Assembly: GCA_963546555.1 (NCBI GenBank)
Contig: CAUUND010000001.1
Span: 1-47,025, forward strand
Length of the DNA: 47,025 nucleotides
Source of the DNA: an uncultured Candidatus Saccharibacteria bacterium
GTDB taxonomy: Bacteria > Patescibacteriota > Saccharimonadia > Saccharimonadales > Saccharimonadaceae
Direction: 5' to 3'
Below the pieces are notes generated by a model. That model had not been told where the DNA came from. It saw nothing but the letters and a program-made list of their open reading frames with translations, and searched no databases. Positions 7,830-16,070 of the stretch are shown here, one piece after another. The translations under genes were made by a program, and so were the position numbers. Each line of letters opens with the position of its first letter. Position 1 is the first letter of the stretch.

Positions 7830-9234
7830 TGTTTCTACTCCAAATAGGCGTAACGCCGTCATTAATAGTGATGTGACGATCAGCCAGCCGATCTCGCAGT
7901 TGGTCAGACTTAGCCCAGTCTTTCGCTTCCCTTGCCTTCTGACGCTGAGCGATAAGCTCGTAGTCTTCGGGCGGGATATCGGGCGTTGTCTCCCCTACTT
8001 TAATACCGAGTAACTGATCGCCGGTTTCGATGAGCAGATCCAGGGCAGCTAGGTCGGTCTGATCTGGGCTAAATAGATTGTACGCTTGGTCAAGGTATCG
8101 GAGGGCGCCGGGAGTGTCGAGGTCGTTTTCCAGAGCAGAGGTCAGCTCTTCGACTAGCTGATGAACTTGCTCGGTCTGCTCTTGGCTGGGGTTATCTGAT
8201 ACTTGCCAGCGCAGAACGGCGACCTCTTGCCAGTGATGGCGTCGATTACGAGCGGCGGTTAGGCTTTGCCAGCTGAAGTTAGTGGCACTACGATAATGTG
8301 ACTGCAAGACTAGTACCCGAAAATCAAGCGGGCTGTAGCCTCTGCTAATCAGGTCGGGCAAGGTAAAGAAGTTGTGGGCTGATTTCGACATCTTCGCACC
8401 GTCGACCAGCAAATGCTCGTTATGGACGAAGAAGTTGGCGTAAAGCTCGGGCTGATCGCCGGCTGTACTCTGAGCAATCTCGTTCTCATGATGAGGAAAG
8501 ATGAGATCGACCCCGCCGGTGTGGATATCGAAAGGTTGCCCTAGGTTGTGGCTGCTCATGACTGAGCATTCAATATGCCAGCCGGGACGACCCGCCAGGC
8601 GAGTACCGTCAGCCAGGGTGAAATCCCAAGCCGGCTCGCCGGGCTTTTGCTTCTTCCAGAGAGCAAAATCGCTCGGGTTATCCTTATCATATTCATCGTT
8701 CACGATCCTCTCTTGGTGATGGCTGTGTAGGTCGATATGAGACAGCTGGCCATACTGACGCTTCTTGGCGTATGTATCGACTGAGAAATAGATGCCGTCA
8801 CTAGCGACATAGGCTACCTTCTGCTCCAACAGCTTCAGGATAAGCTGCTGGATCTCGGCGATACTGTCGGTGGCTTTGACCAGGGTGATATCGTCGATGC
8901 TGTTGCCTACCGCCCTCATCTCATCAAGAAAGATCTGCTGATAATGACTGGTCAAGCGTTGAAGTGCCTGCCTCGGCGACCGGTCGGGATATTTGGCTAG
9001 TGAGTCTCTGATGGTCTTATCATCAACGTCGGTAATATTCATCACATGCTTAGTGGTGCCGAAGCACTGCTTGAGCGTCCGGCGCAAGATATCGGCATAA
9101 ATGTACGAGCTTAGATTGCCGATATGAGCGTGGTTGTAAACCGTCGGACCGCAAGAATACATCCGGACGGAGTCGGGATGAAGTGGTGTGAACTGCTGGA
9201 GCTTATGCCCTCTGGTATTAAACAGCTGCATCAT
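7822..9234 (-). CDS. cysS: Cysteine--tRNA ligase
   Basis: MYSCGPTVY..HIGN, NITDVDDK, DFALWK, GRPGWHIECS, GGVDLIFPHHENE, KMSKS. Confidence 0.97.
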   Translation of the reverse strand: MMQLFNTRGHKLQQFTPLHPDSVRMYSCGPTVYNHAHIGNLSSYIYADILRRTLKQCFGTTKHVMNITDVDDKTIRDSLAKYPDRSPRQALQRLTSHYQQIFLDEMRAVGNSIDDITLVKATDSIAEIQQLILKLLEQKVAYVASDGIYFSVDTYAKKRQYGQLSHIDLHSHHQERIVNDEYDKDNPSDFALWKKQKPGEPAWDFTLADGTRLAGRPGWHIECSVMSSHNLGQPFDIHTGGVDLIFPHHENEIAQSTAGDQPELYANFFVHNEHLLVDGAKMSKSAHNFFTLPDLISRGYSPLDFRVLVLQSHYRSATNFSWQSLTAARNRRHHWQEVAVLRWQVSDNPSQEQTEQVHQLVEELTSALENDLDTPGALRYLDQAYNLFSPDQTDLAALDLLIETGDQLLGIKVGETTPDIPPEDYELIAQRQKAREAKDWAKSDQLRDRLADRHITINDGVTPIWSRNND

Positions 9235-10360
9235 CGCTCCTTTGTCTGACTCGGAAGCTCCCCAGCTTCGCCTGATCAAGGCTGGCGTGACTTCCCTTTT
9301 CAGCTGCTTGCTCTGCCTTAGCTAAGGCGTCGTCAACATTGCGACTTGCTTTGTCCTCCCCCACCCCGGCGTCGTACTCCCGGTAGACCTGGGTCAGCTG
9401 GTCGGTCAGGTCCGGCAGGAAGTCGTCTAGACTGGCGTAAGTACGAAAGCCGGCAGCGTAAGGGTGTCCATCGCCACCGAAGCGCTTGGCCAGCAGGTTG
9501 GATACGGGGATATTGGAGCGGATCTTGCCGGTCAGCTTGTCGTCAGGATAAGTCTTGATACCGATGGCGACATCGACACCGGTCACTTGGCGCATCTCGT
9601 CAATCACCAGCATGGTCGGGTTGTATTCGTTGCTATACTCATGAATCTCTTCGAATGGTATATGGACAAAGGCGGTACGACCGTCATTTAGATAGTCGAT
9701 GCGTTCGATCAATTTACCCTTGTAGCTCAAGATGCGGGGCGACTTCTTCATCAGCTCTCGCCTGGCCTCTTCGACCTTAGCTGGACTGGCGCCAAGCCGG
9801 ACTAGACCGGCACAAGTCTCGAAACTATCGGCGGTAGTTGACTCGGTTGATAGCCCCAGGGAGTCAGTTTGAATGGAAATGAAAAGGTCAGTAGCAGCCA
9901 CCGGGGATATCGCCCAGCCTTCCTCTTTAGCGATGGTGTAGATTAGCTCACCGGTGGCAACCGCCTGGTCGCTAAAGATATACTCTGCCTCGAAAGGCAG
10001 ATCCGGCTCGACGCCGACATGGTGGTCAAGGACAATGACGGGGTGGGTGGCGAAGAAGTTCATCACTGCCGGGTTGTCAATCGTCTTGCTCATCAGCGTC
10101 TTAGATGAAGTGTCAACGATGATGGCGATATCTGCTCTCGTCGGGAAGTCATTAGTTACCCTGCTCCAGCCCTCAATGTAGCGCAGATAGGTCGGTATCT
10201 GAACGGGGCAATGCATGGTTATCGCCTTGCCCTGCTCGGCAAGAATCTCCTCTAGGGCCAAGGCTGAGCCGAGCGAATCGCCGTCAGGATTCTCAGCTTG
10301 ACAGACCACGACTGACTCTGCATGCTCAATCAGCTGACGAACCCGGTCGGTTAGAATCAT
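9218..10360 (-). CDS. DHH/DHHA1 family phosphoesterase (NrnA-like nanoRNase / pAp phosphatase)
   Basis: NPDGDSLGS, IIVDT, LDHH, QTDS, GGDGHPYAAG. Confidence 0.88.
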   Translation of the reverse strand: MILTDRVRQLIEHAESVVVCQAENPDGDSLGSALALEEILAEQGKAITMHCPVQIPTYLRYIEGWSRVTNDFPTRADIAIIVDTSSKTLMSKTIDNPAVMNFFATHPVIVLDHHVGVEPDLPFEAEYIFSDQAVATGELIYTIAKEEGWAISPVAATDLFISIQTDSLGLSTESTTADSFETCAGLVRLGASPAKVEEARRELMKKSPRILSYKGKLIERIDYLNDGRTAFVHIPFEEIHEYSNEYNPTMLVIDEMRQVTGVDVAIGIKTYPDDKLTGKIRSNIPVSNLLAKRFGGDGHPYAAGFRTYASLDDFLPDLTDQLTQVYREYDAGVGEDKASRNVDDALAKAEQAAEKGSHASLDQAKLGSFRVRQRSDDAAV

Positions 10361-10410
10361 AGGGCTATTATACCATCTTTGGGGTGCCATCAGAGCTCGG
10401 AGTGAGCTCT

Positions 10411-11391
10411 TTAGCGAGATGCTCCGCCGCTAGGTGACTTATCAGTATAGTCATCTTCCCGGCGGGGTTGATAGCTGATCTCGGCAAGCTCCAGCTTAGT
10501 CAGCACCTGCCTGATATTGGCCGCCGTCAAGAGAGAGCTTACTCCGGCCTGCCCGGTCAGTACGTTTAGGTCACTGTAGATGTCAATTAGCGTCCGGTCA
10601 TCGATCAACTCTTTGAGACGAGTAGCTAGTCCGTCCAAGGACGACTGGTTCGGTGTCGGGAGTGAAGCGAGAGCGCTACTTAGTCGCTGTTTGATTCGGC
10701 GATGAATTGGGCGTCGACGCAGGAGGAAGCTCTGTCTGAGAGTGACTTGCTCTTTAGAGCCATCAACGATGGCGCCATTAGGGTACAATCCCAGGTCGGC
10801 GACCGTTTGTCTGGTTATCTGCCACCAGACACCCCGGGCAATTAGTCGAAAAATAATCATCTCCGCTACTGTCGGGTTCGTCACTACTAAGCTAGTAGTC
10901 ATCTTTTCGAATAGCTCAGGCCGACGCCTCATCCGAAAGAGACCCCGGTGGCAATTCTCTTCATCCGGCTCCGGTGTATAGATTAGTCGGTCTAGCTGAT
11001 CCGAGGGGATGAATCTCATCCGGGCCAGTTGATCCAGCTCGGCTCGTAACCCTGTCCAATTCATCACTGTGTAGCGAGTGCCCAGCTCAGCTTCGACTTC
11101 ACCGAGACAGCTGCGTACTACGGTATCGGGGATAGCTCGACCGGACTGAGTGACGTATTCGTCTATCGCCGGCACCATATCAGTACAGCAGTCAACTGCT
11201 AGATAAATGTAATGAAGAAAGCTTTCGCCGCCGACGTAACTAGCCGGGTATGGCGGCATCGGATAACACTCGGCCAGGAACCGGTCAAGTTGATGAATGA
11301 AGCAGTGCTCGTAGAGATGAATAACCCGTTCGTCAATATCGCCATCAACATGCAGCCAGTAGTGACGAGTAATCGGTCGAGGACTAATCAT
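10411..11391 (-). CDS. Divergent M16 (inverzincin)-like protein with HxxEH motif
   Basis: N-terminal IHLYEHCF followed by YVGGES. GGAGGAG SD; the ATG overlaps the upstream gene's end. Confidence 0.55.
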   Translation of the reverse strand: MISPRPITRHYWLHVDGDIDERVIHLYEHCFIHQLDRFLAECYPMPPYPASYVGGESFLHYIYLAVDCCTDMVPAIDEYVTQSGRAIPDTVVRSCLGEVEAELGTRYTVMNWTGLRAELDQLARMRFIPSDQLDRLIYTPEPDEENCHRGLFRMRRRPELFEKMTTSLVVTNPTVAEMIIFRLIARGVWWQITRQTVADLGLYPNGAIVDGSKEQVTLRQSFLLRRRPIHRRIKQRLSSALASLPTPNQSSLDGLATRLKELIDDRTLIDIYSDLNVLTGQAGVSSLLTAANIRQVLTKLELAEISYQPRREDDYTDKSPSGGASR

Positions 11392-12388
11392 TCTCTCCTC
11401 CGTTGAGAATAAATGGCTGGAAGCTGCCGGCGGGTACTTGGTCATAGCTAATCCACCGGAGGGATGTCTCGGTTATGGCACCAAGAATGCGATGAGGCGA
11501 AAGGTAACTCTCCATCTGACCATCGGGTATGATGATGCCGAGATTACGATAGGTGTCACCCGGCCCCGGTGAACTCCAGCCCTGACAGTGGCGCCGGATA
11601 GCCGACCTGATATTACGGCGCATTTGCCGGGGCGAGTTGACTGCCAAGCGTTGGGCTTGATTAAGCTGGTCAAGCACGGCTTGCTTGATCCTGCGGCGAT
11701 GGCGGTGGTCGTCTCGGATGATGAGGCGATAGTGCAGGACGGCTTTGTCGTCATAGTCGTAGCAAGTATTTTCCCTAAGATGACCGCCATACTGAACTAG
11801 ACCTTGTTCGACATAGCTAGCCAGAATGTATAGCAGCACCGGGGCGACAACTCTATTCGACACTTGACCATCCAGCCGGAAAGATACAGTGACAGAAGAA
11901 AAGGATCGTTCGGCTCGCCGTAGCTGCAGCCAGTCCGGCTTAGTGTAGCTGACTAGCGGTGATTGGTCGGTGTCGGTTCCAACTACGCCGCCACTCAGGT
12001 CTAGTTTGGTGAAGGGGCGACGTAATAGCTCGGCTAGCTGTTTGCTCAGTCTACCTCGGCTGTTGATTCGAGCTATCTGCCCTGTCTCGGTCTCGGTCCG
12101 GCTGAGGCTAAGGTGTATTAGCTCCTCGGACAAAGCTACTGAGGGCATCTCGTTGATGATCTGCTCTATCTGCCCTACTGCCTGATCATCATACAGTCGG
12201 ACATTAATGGTGGCTCGCCGGCTGTTAAAGTTAACCATCAGGATGCAGATGGCGCTGGGAATGAGGTGATATTTCTCGATCAGCTCTCGCTGGATATATA
12301 GGTAGACATAATGACAAAGGATATCTGCCAGGTAGACATTAGTTTGATCAAGTGGTAGATAGTAGAATAGATGCTTTTCGACTGACAT
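11384..12388 (-). CDS. Hypothetical protein, probable catalytically degenerate paralogue of the downstream M16-like gene
   Basis: Similar length and shared segments (LQLRRAERSFSSVTVSF vs FRMRRRPELFEKMTTSL; HRRRIKQ vs HRRIKQ). The HxxEH position reads DILCH. Confidence 0.55.
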   Translation of the reverse strand: MSVEKHLFYYLPLDQTNVYLADILCHYVYLYIQRELIEKYHLIPSAICILMVNFNSRRATINVRLYDDQAVGQIEQIINEMPSVALSEELIHLSLSRTETETGQIARINSRGRLSKQLAELLRRPFTKLDLSGGVVGTDTDQSPLVSYTKPDWLQLRRAERSFSSVTVSFRLDGQVSNRVVAPVLLYILASYVEQGLVQYGGHLRENTCYDYDDKAVLHYRLIIRDDHRHRRRIKQAVLDQLNQAQRLAVNSPRQMRRNIRSAIRRHCQGWSSPGPGDTYRNLGIIIPDGQMESYLSPHRILGAITETSLRWISYDQVPAGSFQPFILNGGEND

Positions 12389-12509
12389 AATTATAACTCT
12401 GAGAGCTTCGTCATCCTGCTCTTAACACTATATTAGCAGGACTAGCCATGTTCGGCGTATGGGCGGATGGGCGTCATTGTCGCAGCATTCCCTACGATAT
12501 AATGTAGCC

Positions 12510-14246
12510 ATGCTAAGGCAAGGACAGTCGAAAAGATGGCAAGTGTTTACCCTAGGTGCACTTATCGGTCTGGTCGTCTTTGGCTTTCTCTATGGCTTTG
12601 AGATAGTCAACCCTACTTACACTGATTGGATCTGGCATAGTGAGACCCATGACACGGCTCAACATCAGCTGGGCTGGGAGTTTTACCGAGCCGAATCGTC
12701 CGGCGGGATGATCAAGCGGTTAGTGCCACCGACCGGGCTGTCGATGGTCTTTATGGATGTTATTCCGCTAGTGGCGCTGATGGTCAAACCGCTAGCAGGT
12801 GTCTTACCGGCGAACTTTCAGTACTTTGGACTATGGGGGCTTGGCTGCTACATCCTGATGGGTGGATTGGGGGCGCTACTGGTTGACGCAGTTTGGCGTC
12901 GGACTAGATTAGCTAAGTCAGCCGGACTGCCCCGGCATTGGCTGGCAATTGGCGCCGGGGCGAGCCTCTTTGCTCTCTCGCCGATGGTGCTGGCTCGTAG
13001 CTTTTATCATCCTGCCCTGGCCGGTCAATGGATAATCCTCCTAGGGATATTGCTGGTGGTAGAAACGTCGGGGCTTAAGTCGACAGGTCGCCTAACGGCT
13101 ATCTGGGCGGCTGTGCTCACCGGGGCTATCTTGATCCACCCCTACTTCCTGCCAATGACGGGAGTGCTGATGGTGTTATCCGTCGTCCGCTTGATTGACC
13201 GGCAAGGTTGGTGTAGTCGGTGCCGCTGGCGAGCGTTAGCGATAATGACGATCGTCCCCGCCACAGTGGCGGTAGGCATATTTTATTTAGTCGGAGGCTT
13301 TAGTTTGGGGACGGGGGCGGAGGTGTATGACCTGGCAGACAAGGGCTTTAATCTGCTGAGCTTCGCCAACCCGCTGGGCTACTCCATACTGCCCGCCTTC
13401 CCCAATCGCTCTACTTCCGGCGAGACGATGATGTGGCTGGGGCTCGGCGTCTGGTTGATGCTTTTGCTCGCTGCTTGGCTATGGCGAGGGAATTATCGGG
13501 TGGCTTGGCTTCGCCTGAGGCGGTATTGGCGGCGACATCGCTGGATGTGTCGAGTTGGCTTGGCTGTCTCTACACTACTACTGATCTTTGCCGTCGGAGT
13601 GCGAATTGATGTCGGCCCTGCGACTTTAGTCCAATATAGCGTGCCTAAGCCAATCTACGAGCTATGGTCGGCTTTCCGGGCTTCAGCTCGAGAAGCTTGG
13701 GTCTTTTATTATACGACTATCCTGCTGGCCGGCTACTTCTTTGCTAGTGGGCTGACGAAGTGGCGAGAGCACCGTCACGGTCGATCGGCGGGAGTAATAG
13801 TGGCGATGATAATACTGATCGTAGTCGGCGTACAGGCGGTTGACATCTTGGCTAGCCCTCGAGCCATAGCCAAGCGAAGGGATTTCCGGCGAATTACCGG
13901 AACACCGGCTCAGTTCACACCTCTTGACCTCGGCTCAATTTATCATGGGCAGAAGCAACTGATCGCACTAGATGAGTCCTTTCGAGGCGACCAGTCGGGT
14001 ACTTATATCATTGGTCGGACAGCACTTCGCTATGGCATGTCGCTCAATGCCGGATTTTTTGCTCGCCTGCCCGATAGAGTGCGCCGTGAGCAGGCCGACT
14101 GGCGAGCTAAACTGACGACGGATCAGCTGACAGCACACCGGCTGGAGAGCGTGGTACTCTTTACCGGAGACGATCGGATAGTAAAAGCCCTCCCCCATTG
14201 GGTTAAGCATCGTCGACTCGGCCGGTGGACGTTCCTGTGTGTTTAG
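12510..14246 (+). CDS. Large multi-TM membrane protein, GT-C glycosyltransferase-like (DUF6311-like)
   Basis: DTAQHQLGWEFYR, FQYFGLW, HPALAGQW, IHPYF, FRASAR and many TM segments. Start 6 nt after TATAAT. Confidence 0.65.
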   Translation: MLRQGQSKRWQVFTLGALIGLVVFGFLYGFEIVNPTYTDWIWHSETHDTAQHQLGWEFYRAESSGGMIKRLVPPTGLSMVFMDVIPLVALMVKPLAGVLPANFQYFGLWGLGCYILMGGLGALLVDAVWRRTRLAKSAGLPRHWLAIGAGASLFALSPMVLARSFYHPALAGQWIILLGILLVVETSGLKSTGRLTAIWAAVLTGAILIHPYFLPMTGVLMVLSVVRLIDRQGWCSRCRWRALAIMTIVPATVAVGIFYLVGGFSLGTGAEVYDLADKGFNLLSFANPLGYSILPAFPNRSTSGETMMWLGLGVWLMLLLAAWLWRGNYRVAWLRLRRYWRRHRWMCRVGLAVSTLLLIFAVGVRIDVGPATLVQYSVPKPIYELWSAFRASAREAWVFYYTTILLAGYFFASGLTKWREHRHGRSAGVIVAMIILIVVGVQAVDILASPRAIAKRRDFRRITGTPAQFTPLDLGSIYHGQKQLIALDESFRGDQSGTYIIGRTALRYGMSLNAGFFARLPDRVRREQADWRAKLTTDQLTAHRLESVVLFTGDDRIVKALPHWVKHRRLGRWTFLCV

Positions 14247-14292
14247 CTCAGGCTAGCACATCGGCGTGATGTGAGGAAACGGTTAGAAATCG

Positions 14293-14934
14293 CTATATCT
14301 CACGCCAGGCGTCAAGCCAGCGTTTATAAGCTTCCTTATAGTCAAGCTGTTCATGCGGAAAATCAATATCAATTTTGCGAGTAGAAGCATCTTTAACGAG
14401 AAGACGCAGCGCCTCGCCGGTTAGCTCAACTCCTCTGGTGTTTCTACCTTGTGCTGGTAGCTTCAAGTAATTGCTGACCCCAAGCTTTGTTAGGATTTCC
14501 CTCTGGGAGTGCTTCTTAAATAAATACAGATGACCGGTGTCATCCCAACGGATTTCGACTAGCATCATGTCGCAAGACGGGAAGTATTCCTTCTTGAATT
14601 TCAAAGCCGTCTCTGTGTCTACTGACCATGATACTTTGACACCTCTGATTGGCAAATTATGCGGAATCGTGATTGTTTTAATTGATAACGGTTCATCGTC
14701 CACTATGACGTCTATTTCCGGCTCGGTAATAGCAATGCCAGTGTCTACCCTATCTAGTCCGAACTTATACATCAGTAGGGCGATTAATATCTTTTCACGT
14801 ACCGATCCGACTTCCATGCCCACCTTGCCGTTGCGTTGACTCTCTAGTTCTGCCAACAGAAACAAGCGAGGTAACTTCTGCTGGACTTGCCTGACTACTT
14901 GTTGATCGTCAAACAATTCGTCGTATACACTCAT
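14293..14934 (-). CDS. ThaI-family type II restriction endonuclease
   Basis: LPRLFLLAELESQRNGKVGMEVGSVREKILIALLMYKFG..ITEPEIDV..LSIKT (PD-D/ExK-like). ATGA overlap with the upstream methyltransferase. Confidence 0.8.
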   Translation of the reverse strand: MSVYDELFDDQQVVRQVQQKLPRLFLLAELESQRNGKVGMEVGSVREKILIALLMYKFGLDRVDTGIAITEPEIDVIVDDEPLSIKTITIPHNLPIRGVKVSWSVDTETALKFKKEYFPSCDMMLVEIRWDDTGHLYLFKKHSQREILTKLGVSNYLKLPAQGRNTRGVELTGEALRLLVKDASTRKIDIDFPHEQLDYKEAYKRWLDAWREI

Positions 14935-15986
14935 CCTGCGATGCTAAGCTCCCGGGGAAGCTCCTCCAATGAACCGGCACGGTTGTAGTGATCCTGATCG
15001 AGAATATCGAGAAGCATCTGCGCTAGATGCCAACCAAAGACAGGGGCGACGGCGTTGCCAATCTGCCGATAGGCGTCGGTGATTGACGAGACGAAGATGA
15101 AATCATCAGGAAACGACTGAATGCGAGCAGCCTCACGAGCGGACAAGCGTCGATCCAGGCGGTAATGAAACTCTATATTGCCATGATGCTCAGCTCGCAT
15201 CGTCGGACCGGGCCTATCAGCCCTGGTTCGACTGTTGCCTTGAGTACCTGGAAATAGTTTCGCTTTGGAATAGCCAAAGTTCGGCAACTTTCTCTGTTGG
15301 TAGTCATCCTCTATGTCACCAATCGCCTCTTTAAGGGTTATCCAAGGAGGCAATCTATCGCCGGTTTTTGAGTGGGTCGGACCGACCCATAGCAAACGGG
15401 CGTTGATATCGTGACGGATACCAATAATTATTACTCTTTCACGAGTCTGGGGTACACCATAATCAGCCGTGTTTAATAGCCGATACTCTACGTGATAACC
15501 TAGATTTGTAAAATCATCAGTGATGGTCTTAATAGCGAGGCCATTCTGCCAAGATAGTAGCCCCTTCACGTTCTCAGCTAAGAATACTTTGGGCTTAGTT
15601 ATCTCTATCACTTTTGCCATACTCTGATACAGCTTGCCTCGCTTGACATTTAGCCCGCCCCTCTTGCCAGCCAGGCTGAAGTCCTGACAGGGGAAGCCAC
15701 CAGTAACAACATCTGCCTTAGGAAAAGTAAGTTTGTCCTCTAGTAAAGACAAAGCGCTATTCTCATTATCGTCGATACCGAGCAACTTAGTGATGTCACC
15801 ACAAATAATATTCGAATGAGGAAAGTTGAGTTGCCATGTCTTAGTAGCTCGCTCGTTAATATCATTAGCCCAAACGATCTTAAAAGGGTTCTTGTGATAC
15901 TTCTTGCCGAGGGAACTGAACCCGCCCAAAATCCCAAGATCAAGTCCGCCACAACCAGAAAAGAGGGAAATCACCCTATAACTCAT
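14931..15986 (-). CDS. DNA cytosine-5 methyltransferase
   Basis: Motifs I (SLFSGCGG), IV (GFPCQDFS), VI (ENVKG), VIII (QTRERV), IX (REAARIQSFPD) and X (QIGNAV). Confidence 0.96.
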   Translation of the reverse strand: MSYRVISLFSGCGGLDLGILGGFSSLGKKYHKNPFKIVWANDINERATKTWQLNFPHSNIICGDITKLLGIDDNENSALSLLEDKLTFPKADVVTGGFPCQDFSLAGKRGGLNVKRGKLYQSMAKVIEITKPKVFLAENVKGLLSWQNGLAIKTITDDFTNLGYHVEYRLLNTADYGVPQTRERVIIIGIRHDINARLLWVGPTHSKTGDRLPPWITLKEAIGDIEDDYQQRKLPNFGYSKAKLFPGTQGNSRTRADRPGPTMRAEHHGNIEFHYRLDRRLSAREAARIQSFPDDFIFVSSITDAYRQIGNAVAPVFGWHLAQMLLDILDQDHYNRAGSLEELPRELSIAG

Positions 15987-16070
15987 GTTGAAATTATAAC
16001 ATGATCGGATTACCATTATTGGCTAACGACCGTATAGCTATCATCCTAATGATGCGATGGCGAAGCTAGC

